Assembly: GCF_006345805.1 (NCBI RefSeq)
Contig: NW_021823857.1
Location: forward strand, 1-21,518
Length of the DNA: 21,518 bases
Direction: 5' to 3'
DNA from: Octopus sinensis
Lineage: Eukaryota
Numbering within the stretch: position 1 is the first letter of the stretch; each line of letters opens with the position of its first letter. Made by a program: the position numbers and the translations under genes. The notes beneath the pieces were generated by a model, which did no database searches, was not told the origin of the DNA, and saw nothing but the letters and a program-made list of their open reading frames with translations. Below are positions 12,534 through 21,518 of the stretch, piece by piece.

Positions 12534-15500
12534 GAGGAAAAGAAGGAGGAGGAGAAGAAGAAGTAGAAGAAGAAGAAGAAGAAGAAGAAGCGGGAGGAGA
12601 AGAAGAAGAAGAAGACGAAGAAGATACATTGAAAATTATGGCGTTCAAGATGAAACTGAAAATGTTCTTAAATATCATAAATAATTCAAGATAGATCGAT
12701 AAATTTTGGGCGAGGAGACATGGCTGAAAAATCAGGGAATATACGGAATCAGAAATCACATATTCAATGCACTCATACACATTCTCATATTCATAGTATC
12801 AACGACGGAATGCGGTATGCACACTCACATCACACATATTCCCACTCACCCTTGTGGACATATGGTGAAGAGATTTTTATTTCATATCGCTTCATTGTCA
12901 CAAGAATATTAGAAAACAACACGCTTACAAGAAATATATCAGCATTTAATTGTTCAGGCGAAATATTCCAGCTTACAAGTACAGTAAGTATTTCAGGTTT
13001 ACAGAAAGAATGTATGTGACTATATTATTCGAATATATATTTTCCTTTCCGCTTCCACTTCAGTTTGCTCTCTTACATAAATAACGTGAAGTGAATGACA
13101 AAATTCGAAGTTGATGATAATATCGAAACACGAAGGAGAATATTGAAATAAGAAATGGAGGAGGATGTAAAATATAAAATAAAGGAATGATATAGTCACA
13201 TTTCACACAGAACTACACTTATATTGAACATACACATATACTTCAGCTAAAATATTTGATGCAAACATGTAAACTCACAAACGTTACCATTTCTAATACA
13301 AATTCATATCAAATCATTGAAATTTGGGAACAAAACTGAGTTATTGAGATGCGAATTGAAACAAAGCAACTACAATAAAGGAACATTATATTTTTCCTAT
13401 TATTTCACTTTCTCTCTCAAATTCTCTCTCTTTCTTTCACATTGTCTCGCTCTCTCCTATTCTCTTTGTATCTTCCTAAATCGTGTTCGATCCTCAAATT
13501 TGAATTAATTTTGTTTCGTTCAGTCTGAAATTTTATACATTTGTGAGCTTATATATCAGCATCAATTATTACTTTCGGATAATAGTATCAAGAAACTGAA
13601 CGAACTTACAATTCTTTTAAATTTGAAAGCCCCGTGAATGCTCCTTCTTTGATGGTTGCTATGTTGTTGTAACCAAGATATCTATAGCAGTAAAGAAAGA
13701 GTAAATTAGATTATATGGAAAATATATGTGTTACGACATCAAACGCTGTGACTTCAGAATGAAAGGAAGAAAAAGAAGAAAGATAACGAAGAAGAAAAGG
13801 AAGAATAAGAAGGAGGAGGAGGAGGAGGCGAAGAAGTAGAAAAAGAAGAAGAAGAATTAGTAGAAGAAGAAAGGAGAAGAAGGAGAAGAAAAAGAAGGGA
13901 AGAAGTAATAGGAGGAAAAAGGAGGAGGAGGATGGTAAAAGGGAAGAAGTAGTAGCGGAAAAAGTAAAAGAAGAAGAAGGAGGAGGAGGAGGATGACAAG
14001 TAAATGAAGAAGTAGAAAGAAGAAGAAGAAGAAGAAGGAAGAGGAGGAAAAGGAGGAGGAGGAGAATGATGGGGAAGAATAAGTAGAGAAGATGAAAAAG
14101 AAGAAATGATGAGAATAACAAAAGAAGAAATATAAGAAGAGAAGAGAGGAGGTAGGAGGAAAGTAAATGTTGAAGTAGAAAGTAGTAGAAGAAGAGAAGA
14201 AGAAGAAGAGAAGAAGTAATAATAGAAAAAAAGAGTAGAAAAATGAGAATAAGAAAAGAAAAAGGAGAAGGAGGAAAAGAAACAAGAAGAAGATTTTAAG
14301 AAGACGCAGAATAAGAAGAAAAGATGCGGGAGAGGATGGGGAGAGATAATTACAATAAAAAAGGATGAGGAAGTGCGGAGGATTGGAAGAAAGAAGAAGA
14401 GGAAAAAAGAAGTAGAAGAGGAAGAGGAAAAAGGAGGAGGAAGCAATGAAGTGGAAAAGTAGGAGTAGAAGAAAAAGAAGAAGAATAAGAAGAAGGAGGA
14501 GGAGGAGGAGGAGTAGTTGAAAAAGTTGAAAGTAGAAGAGGATGTAGGAGAAGAAGAAGAAGAAATAAGTAGAAGCGATAGAAGAAGAAAAAGAATAAGG
14601 AGAAGGAGAAGCGATAGAAGAAGAAAAGAAGAAGAAGAAGACGAAGAAGGAGAAGAGAAGAAGAAGAAGAAGAAGTAGAAGAAAATGAAAAACGAGCAGG
14701 AAGAGGAGGGAGAGGAGAATTACAAGAGAAAAATGATGAGAGGGCGGAGTGGAGGGGGAAGAGAATTTAAAGAAGAAAATGAGAATAATAAGAAGAAAGA
14801 ATTAGAAGGGGAGAGGAGCATGAGAGTAGAAGAAGAAGAAAAGAAATGAAGAGAAGAAGAAGAAGAAGAAGAAGGAAAAGAAGAAAAAGAAGAGAAGAAA
14901 AAGAAGGAGGAGAAGGAGCAGCAGGAGGAGAGGAAGAAGAAGAAGAAGAACAAGAGGTAGAAGAAGAAGTAGAGGAAGAAGAAGGAGGAGAAGAAGTAGT
15001 AGAAGAAGAAGAAGAAGAAGATGGAGGAGAAGAAGAAGAAGAAGACGAAGAAGATACATTGAAAATTATGGCGTTCAAGGTGAAACTGAAAATGTTCTTA
15101 AAATATCAGGAAATAATTCAAGGAGAGATCGATAAATTTTGGGCGAGGAGACATGGCTGAAAAATCAGGGAATATACGGAATCAGAAATCAACATATTCA
15201 AACGCACTCATTCGCATTCTTATATTCATAGTATCAACGACGGAATGCGGTATGCACACTCACATCACACATATTCCCACTCACCCATGTGGACATATGG
15301 TGAGAGAGATTATTTATTTCATATCGCTTCATTGTCACAAGAATATTAGAAAACACACGCTTACAAGAAATATATCAGCAGTTTAATTGTATCAGGCCAA
15401 ATATCCCAGCTTACAAGTACAGTAAGTATTTCAGGTTTACAGATAGAATGTATGTGACTATATTTTTTGAATATATATTTTCCGCTTCCACTTCAGTTGC

Positions 15501-18500
15501 TCTATTACATAAATAACGTGAAGTGAATGATAAAATTTGAAATTGTTTGATAATATCGAAACACGAAGGAGAATATTGAAATAAGAAATGGAGGAAGATG
15601 CAAAAAATAAAATAAAGGAATAATAGTCACATATCACACAGAACTACACTTATATATGAACATACACATATACTTCAGCTAAAAATATTTGATGCAAACA
15701 TGTAAACTCACACACGTTACCATTTCTAATACAAATTCATATCAAAATCATTGAAATTTGTGGAACAAAAATGAGTTATTGAGATGCAAATTGAAACAAA
15801 GCAACTACAATAAAGGAACATTATATTTTTCCTATTATTTCACTTTCTCCCTCAAATTCTCTCTCTTTCTTTCACATTGTCTCGCTCTCTCATATTCTCT
15901 TTGTATATTCCTAAATCGTGTTCATTCTACAAATTTGAATTGATTTTGTTTAGTTCAGTGTGAAATATTATACAATTGTGAGCTTATATATCAGCATCAA
16001 TTATTACTTTCGGAAAATAGTCTCAAGAAACTGAACGAACTTAAAATTCTTTTAAATTTGAAAGCCCCGTAAATGCACCTTCTGTGATGGTTGCAATGTT
16101 GTTCTCGTTCAGATATCTATAGCAGTAAAGAAAGAGTAAAATAGATTATATGGAAAACATTTGTGATACAACATCAAACACTGTGACTTGAGAATGAGGA
16201 AGAAAAAAGAAGAAAGATAACGAAGAAGAAAGGAAGAAAGATAGAGCGAAGTAGAGTGAGGCGAAGAAGAATTAGAAGAAGAAAGGAGAAGAGGTAGAAG
16301 AAAAAGAAGAGCAGAAGGAATAGAGGAAAAAGGAGGAGAGGCTGATAAAGGGAGAGAGATGTAGGAGAAAAAGTAAAAGAAGGAGACGGAGGGGTGAGGG
16401 AGGAGAGGAGAGGAATAGAATAACAAGAAGAAGAATATAACGAATAAGAAAGACGAGGAAGAGTAGAGGAGAAGTACATGAGAAGTAGAAAAAGAAAGAG
16501 AAGAAGAAGGTGAATGAAGAAGTAGAAGAAGATGAAGAAGATGACGAAAAATAAGGAGGATGAGTGAGGGGGTAGTGAATAAGAAGAATTGCAAGAAGAA
16601 GGAAGGAAGAACAGGAAAGAAGACGAGAGTTGAAGCATGGAAAAGAAGAAAAAATGAAGAAGAAGGAAGGAGATAAAGATAGAGAATACAAAAACAGTAG
16701 TTAAGAAAGAAGAGGTGAGGAAGGATTGTAGAAGAAGAAGAAGAAGAATGAAGAGGAATAAGAAGAAGATAGAAGAAGAAAATCAGAAATAACGATAACT
16801 AAGAAAAAAGAAGACAGAAGAAGAAGAGAACCGAAGGAGAAGAAAATAAGGCAGGAGGATAAGAATATCTTAACGTGGCAGCCGTTTCATGTTATTTCCT
16901 ACTTCTTGCACAACCTCGAGTATCCGCATCGCCTCTCTATGTACCACCACACACATCCACACACATACACGCACATGTATGCACATAAAGCACATACACA
17001 CATATCACTCAGAATATACACACATATGTCTACTACCTCTGGGTGCGAGTATGTGTGTGAACCTCGTCCCCGTAGTGGTGTCCTTTTATCTGTCGATACA
17101 GTTTATTATCGAATCTAAGGTGTTGTCTTCTAGTTCCCGGCGTGTGTCTTTGGAAATGCGTTTTGAAGCGTTCGTCCATCCGTCCGCTATGTTTTTTCTA
17201 CCCAGTGTTTTGATTGCTCCCAGGCCCAAGTGTGATGTATTTGTAGAAGATTAGTCAAATCTTTTAAGTATAGTACGTTCTGGGACAGTGGGTGGAATGT
17301 GTTTGATGAATCCATATCGTCTCGGGTATAGCTGGGCATTAATGGGCACAACGGTTTGAGGAGTATATCTCAAGATGGCTCATTTGTTGTGTTGGGGCTC
17401 AAGGTCCATCAACTGTTGGTCTCAATTTGATGTCAGTAGGTCTTTAGTATTTTTTATATGCTGATCCTTGCATTTTGGAGCATTCGCAGATCTTGGGTGA
17501 TCCATCCATAAAATTACTCTCTTTCATTACAGAGCTGCATAAATAATCGTTCTCTCTTTATCTGTGAACGACGAACGTTGGTATTCATTTATCTTATTTT
17601 GGGTGTATTCATTATTACATTTTCTCCGCGTGTCTTGGTTCTTCCTTGTAGCAGGATTAGTCTGTTTTCCAATATTTTATCTTTATAGTAGTCTTGGGTC
17701 CGTGACTGCTATCGCCCTTCCCAATCGGTTTCGTTTAGGATGATTAAATTGTCAATTTGCAGTTTGTAAGGCTTTCTTTTCGTCTTCACGAAGGTTCTGT
17801 TTGCATTTTCGCATTTTCGATTATTTTATTATAATAGATATAAACAGATTTAAGTCACACGTAAAGTATGAATGGAAAACACACATGCATGTAAAATATG
17901 AGAAAAGAATGGATGTTCAAATATTGTGATTTGAATTAGATTTACAAAGCCTTCGTTGCAACATCAGTTTTCAGTGGAAGATATTTTTTATCATCTCATA
18001 AGTCAGCTTTATTTATAAATATCTTGTTTCTGTCCAATGAGCATTCTATTTGTTATTACACTTTGCTGTCAAAAGTAATTTATCTTTGCAAAAGTAAACT
18101 CCTTTCCTTTGCATAATTGATGCATAAAAGTTCTTTACAAAAATAAATAAACCCCCAAAACCTCAAGACTGAAATAATAGACTAGGAAGGAAAACATAAC
18201 AGAAATGGAAAGGGATTTATTAATAGAACTGGTGATGGTAGAGTGGGGAAACCCTGATATAATTTTGAGTTATGTACTACAAAGGAGAACAACCTTACAT
18301 GGTGATTTAACTGGCTAAGGGTGTTATTTAAAAAAGGGATGTGACAACATACATTGCCTTAGTTTTTTAGTCTTTGTTTAGCCCTTTGCTCCTTACTCTT
18401 GCTGTATTAAACCTCAGTTTGTTCCCATTATTAACTACCTATGCTAAATCCTTCATCTCCTGAAGAGTATCCCTGTTCATCATTTCTGTAAAGGTTGACC

Positions 18501-20363
18501 TGCAACAGCTCAAGCGGAATATTAATGATATCTGTCTCACAAGTATTGGAGATCTTGCAGGGGTTAAAAAACTTGTCTGATCCTTTCTCCAAAATCGGTA
18601 AAATAAAAAGTGTGGGATTTTAACTCATATCACAACACCGGACAATATACTGCAAGGTGTCTTATTCGAGGTCCTCATAGTTGCATTTGTTCATTGAACT
18701 GTTATGGTTCTTTATTGATCTCGGAAATGAATGACCCAAGGTTGACCTTGCGGGATTTGACGTCAGATTGCCGTGTGTCAGAACGCAATGTATTCTACTA
18801 GACGGTCAAATGATTTGTGCCTACCTCGCTCAAGTTATGAACGATGAAAATATCTAACTTATTAAACAGAACTTCAACTTTACTATTCAACATCTTGAGT
18901 TATACGAGATTTAGGGATTCCATTATTGACACTTTCTCTTTATTTTACATTAGGATTTCTCATTTTGTCAAAACGTTCCAAATGTTTTGAGAAATAGATC
19001 TGATCGAATGAATTGATCCACTTTAGTATTAGAATATTTGATTAAACTGAAAGTTTAAGGATTAAATGCAATGATGCAAGCCAATTAACTGGAAAAATCA
19101 CCTGGAAGAGCAATGTGTTGCAACAGAGTATTTGTTATGATTGCATGTATCAAAATAATTTTCTCTTTTTATTCTATCCATTTCTTGAGACGTTAAATTT
19201 TAATAATTTACTTAAAATTGCGTAAGATTTCAGGTGAACGGGGATACATCAATCAGCCGAAACTTCAATTAAGCTTGCATAATTTTGTAATAAGGTTTAT
19301 TGTGTTCATGATAGGGTAAATTTTACTGATGACATTCTATCAAAAATAAATTCCTCATAATTTGTTAAAATAACACTATTTTTTGATTTCTTCACTTAGG
19401 TATTTTAAGAATTTGGCAATTTAAGCGGATCTCGTCATTATCTGCTGTTTAATTCATCTGTTTCATTTTTAATTATAAAAATAATAATTTCTTCTATAGG
19501 AACAAACCTGAAATTTTGGGAAAGGGACAAGTCCTTTACATTGATCTCAGAGATAAATTGCTGTTTATTTACCGACTCCAAAAGAATGAAAAGCAAAGTC
19601 AACCTCGACAGAATTTAAATCGAAACGTAAAGACGAACGATAACCGCTCAACATTTTGTCTGCGTGCACAACGATTCTGATAGCTCGCTGCATATTCTAT
19701 TATAAAATTAACACAAACAATAATTAACATTATTCTGTGACACGGACGATCAACTGATATTATATCATATTACTGTAACAATAAGTAACAATTCAACTAA
19801 TTATGATATAATATCTAACTGTTGGAATACACGTTTTCTTAGCACTAAAGTTTTTATACTGTCCGTTCATTGAATATACCGTAAAGATTGATAAGTTCAG
19901 ACAAATGAAATCAAAGTCAGATACTAGTCATAGCCAATCTCTGTGTATGCGATGTTATATATTATAAATTCAATATGGTAAGTAACAGTTTATTTGACTT
20001 CACAGCAGGTAACATATCGATTTGTTTTACTCTAACATAAGATTGTGCTTAAAGCTGTGAGATAAACAGCATAAGCGATTAGCTGAGAACATAATCAATG
20101 AGAATTTAAAATATTGGATGTGGAAAATACGTAGAAAGTGGTCAAATACTTACAAATATTCACATTCGTCGGAATTGTTTGGGAAATCGATGGTAAATTG
20201 CGATGTTCACAATCTATATTTGTTGTAAGTGAATTGCAAGTACATATCTTGCATATATCTGAATCAGCTTGAGTCTCCAAAAACAATATCGTACACAGTA
20301 TCAACGCAAGAGACCGTCTATATGATACTACGTGTGAACATATTGCCAGGCGTGATTTATTAT
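426..20363 (-). CDS. Multi-exon secreted/membrane LRR protein gene, 5' portion (signal peptide + LRRNT + at least 7 single-LRR exons; continues beyond the left edge)
   Basis: Hand-assembled from one LRRNT exon and seven LRR exons, all on the minus strand with AG/GT boundaries except where noted. One 72-nt phase-2 exon per LRR is the established architecture of extracellular LRR genes such as LGR/RXFP and Slit. Linking the LRRNT exon to the array is inference. Confidence 0.8.
565..2824 (+). repeat. Purine-rich (GAA/GGA)n spacer S1, longest, with nested internal duplications
   Basis: Direct inspection; overwhelmingly A/G on the plus strand. Confidence 0.95.
3813..3887 (-). pseudogene. LRR exon E2, frameshifted as written (75 nt; underlying YLGYNNIATIKEGAFTGLSNLKEL type)
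   Basis: AG/GT intact. Several small indels versus E6 give A TAT CTG GTT ACA ACA AAA ACA TAG (stop). Could be assembly error or true decay. Confidence 0.7.
3965..5186 (+). repeat. Purine-rich spacer S2
   Basis: GAA/GGA-rich; shares landmarks (atggtaaaaggg, aagtaaatg, gcgat, aaaaacgagcagg) with S3, S5 and S6. Confidence 0.95.
6176..6247 (-). CDS. LRR exon E3 (72 nt): (L)YLGYNNIATIKEGAFMGLSNLKEL
   Basis: ctatag|ATATCTTGGTTAC...AAAGAATT|gtaagt; open, phase 2-2. Confidence 0.93.
6325..7599 (+). repeat. Purine-rich spacer S3
   Basis: Same landmarks as S2, S5 and S6. Confidence 0.95.
8587..8658 (-). CDS. LRR exon E4 (72 nt): (L)YVYEHNIATITEGTFTGLSNLKGL
   Basis: ctatag|ATATGTGTACGAG...AAGGGATT|gtaagt; open, phase 2-2. 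The ladder Asn is replaced by His. Confidence 0.88.
8735..10171 (+). repeat. Purine-rich spacer S4, containing an 18-nt (GGA)5CCA-like minisatellite at ~9787-9886
   Basis: Left half shares gctgataaa, gatgtagg and aaaaacag(a/t)agttaag with S7. Confidence 0.95.
11160..11231 (-). CDS. LRR exon E5 (72 nt): (L)ALSGNSISSINEGAFTGLSNLKEL
   Basis: ctaccacag|AGCTCTTTCGGGC...AAAGAATT|gtaagt; open, phase 2-2. Most divergent exon. Confidence 0.93.
11305..12622 (+). repeat. Purine-rich spacer S5
   Basis: Same landmarks as S2, S3 and S6. Confidence 0.95.
13610..13681 (-). CDS. LRR exon E6 (72 nt): (L)YLGYNNIATIKEGAFTGLSNLKEL
   Basis: ctatag|ATATCTTGGTTAC...AAAGAATT|gtaagt; open, phase 2-2. One nt different from E3. 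Confidence 0.93.
13760..15052 (+). repeat. Purine-rich spacer S6
   Basis: Same landmarks as S2, S3 and S5. Confidence 0.95.
16045..16116 (-). CDS. LRR exon E7 (72 nt): (L)YLNENNIATITEGAFTGLSNLKEL; donor mutated GT>TT
   Basis: Acceptor and frame are intact. The plus strand has cttaaaatt where other copies have cttacaat(t/c), so the minus-strand donor reads ttaagt. Confidence 0.75.
16190..16865 (+). repeat. Degenerate, truncated spacer S7 marking the array edge
   Basis: S4-like but more interrupted; ends abruptly in unique sequence. Confidence 0.9.
16940..17030 (+). repeat. Degenerate (CA)n/(TA)n microsatellite
   Basis: cacacacatccacacacatacacgcacatgtatgcac... Confidence 0.7.
17035..17815 (-). 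mobile_element. Decayed Penelope-like retroelement RT fragment
   Basis: Minus-strand pieces, frameshifted: QNLREDEKKALQ (17761-17799), KLRPTVDGP*APTQQMSHL, DILLKPLCPLMPSYTRDDMD, FDNKLYRQIKG (17081-17113). They match Penelope-type RT motifs (NLTxEExxAL, LRPIVS, YxQxxG) recalled from memory. Confidence 0.75.
18330..18600 (-). mobile_element. Possible decayed Ty3/Gypsy RT fragment
   Basis: Minus-strand frame FWRKDQTSFLTP...RSTFTEMMNRDTLQEMKDLA* resembles the Gypsy KTAFxTP...PxTFQRxMN motif. Heavily degenerate. Confidence 0.4.
19471..19692 (-). mobile_element. Degenerate tRNA-derived SINE resembling an abundant Octopus repeat
   Basis: Minus strand starts gcagcgagctatcagaatcgtt (A-box-like) and contains gatttaaattct (B-box-like). 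It has an ATT-rich tail. The body (gaatgaaaagcaaagtcaacctcgacagaattt) was recognised from memory, not by search. Confidence 0.65.
20154..20363 (-). CDS. Signal peptide + LRR N-terminal cap exon (210 nt): ...RRSLALILCTILFLETQADSDICKICTCNSLTTNIDCEHRNLPSISQTIPTNVNI
   Basis: ttttcttcttttacag acceptor, gtaagt donor, open frame. Hydrophobic stretch ending in TQA, followed by a CxxCxC...C...L....IP LRRNT pattern. Confidence 0.85.
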
Positions 20364-20705
20364 CTGTAAAAGAAGAAAATAGGAAATGTCAGAGATTTCA
20401 ATGTTATTAACTTCAAATTGCAGATTCTCTGAAGGAACTAAAATTCACTCCCTGTTCCACATGACAAATATATTTTTGTTTTCATGATTGGATATTTAAA
20501 GCTAAAAATTAAATTTCGATAAATTAGTGTGAAGAAATTTATAAAAATATTATAGCTTTAACCGTAATAATATCAAAGAAAACACCAAACTCCACACACA
20601 AACACAAACGCACTCCTACACACATCTGTAACCATACTCGGAGGGGGGTCTAATATATATATATACAAAACTAGCGAACCATGATTTTCGTAGACCCTAA
20701 ATACG

Positions 20706-21491
20706 CAGTGGTTGTAAACCCGGTTGGGTCGTTAAATCCGATGGGACCCACAAGCAACTGTATTGTATCAAAGGATTTTTCCTGTACCCCAGTTTTTAGA
20801 AGCGTTCATACAAAGTTTTTCCTTAAATAAACTATCATGATTTCATTTTACTTACTTTTTTTTTTACTGAACAAGAATAAAGCATGAACGTAAATCATAT
20901 ATATAAACTCAACTTGTGTGTCTATCTGTGTATCCTGTGTGTGTGTCTGTGTCTTTTACTTTCCCGGCACATCTCCCTCCTATCCAACAAATCGTAGAAC
21001 CACCAACATGGTCACTTAAAGTTTAGGCGAATGAAATTGAACTGCGCTATTTCTGTTCCGAAATTCATCTCGAAGTGCAAAATCGATAATGTGTTTGTTT
21101 AGGCCTTCTCCCATGCATTGAATAGTGAACTTTACTCAGTCAGGCTGTTGACGTGAACTGTGTTCACCACGCGTGCAAGCATGCGTAATTGCATGAAAAA
21201 TAAACAAATCAAGATATAAAAACGAATCGCCGTAAACATTGTAGAAATTCGGCAAAGAAATGATTTTTCGGGTGTAGCCTGGAGGGTTTTTTTCGTATTA
21301 ATCGTTGGACTTTGTGAACCATACAATTTTTTCATAACATTTTTAACGCTTTGAATTAAATATGACCATTTTGCGTTGAGTCTGCAGTTTGAATCACTAA
21401 CCAAATTTTAGCAGGTTGGATTTTTGATCATCACGATACATCGCCAGCGACTCCCTGAACTCTCCTCTGATATCCTCGTTGAGAAATACTG
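20706..21491. mobile_element. Possible hAT-type non-autonomous element or remnants
   Basis: cagtggttgtaaac at 20706 and gttgagaaatactg at 21478-21491 form an imperfect inverted pair (10/14) resembling hAT CAGTGxTTCTCAAC ends. No clean 8-bp TSD. Confidence 0.3.
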
Positions 21492-21518
21492 ATCTAAAAG
21501 AATAATTCAACAATGCAT

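Larger units (their letters stand above)
1..16870. repeat. Tandem array of exon-bearing units (exon-to-exon spacing 3387, 2363, 2411, 2573, 2450, 2435 nt)
   Basis: Near-identical cores at 1-600 (partial), 2825-4000, 5187-6355, 7600-8766, 10172-11340, 12623-13790 and 15053-16223. Confidence 0.97.

Noticed and set aside
433-16691. Long poly-S/L/F (minus) and poly-R/K/E (plus) ORFs
   Set aside because: They arise from stop-poor GAA/TTC low-complexity DNA. Frames are not conserved between homologous spacers, and they overlap introns of the LRR gene.
1-16870. CRISPR-like reading (conserved repeat plus variable spacer)
   Set aside because: Units are kilobase-scale, spacers are mutually homologous simple repeats, the context is eukaryotic and spliced, and there are no cas genes.
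426-20363. Naming the gene as a TLR, Slit, LGR/GRL101 or VLR
   Set aside because: Only generic typical-class LRRs and an LRRNT are visible; the diagnostic C-terminal domains lie outside the window.
21132-21404. 90-aa minus-strand ORF, and ORFs 16889-17254 and 18610-18801
   Set aside because: No motifs. They lie within or antisense to putative transposon remnants.

Overview
AT-rich eukaryotic DNA, probably cephalopod/Octopus (inferred from a SINE-like repeat recognised from memory, a Penelope relic and CA/TA microsatellites). About 1-16,870 is a tandem array of ~2.4-3.4 kb units. Each unit has a ~1.15 kb highly conserved AT-rich core plus a 0.7-2.3 kb almost purely purine (GAA/GGA) spacer. 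The long ORFs in the track are low-complexity artefacts of these spacers. The real coding content is missed by the track: every core carries one minus-strand exon (normally 72 nt, phase 2-2, ...ag|...|gtaag) encoding exactly one typical leucine-rich repeat (xLxxNNIATIxEGxFTGLSNLKxL). Seven such exons are in the window, and the array runs off the left edge. A signal-peptide/LRRNT exon at 20154-20363 (-) is the likely 5' part of the same gene. The LRR exons are more diverged from each other than their flanking introns, and the variation falls mainly on concave-face ligand-binding positions. One unit shows an exon-centred mosaic tract, and two copies are defective as written. Together this suggests a rapidly diversifying, modular LRR receptor locus. 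The C-terminus is outside the window, so the family cannot be assigned. Scattered indels suggest an imperfectly polished assembly, so single-base defects need read-level confirmation.
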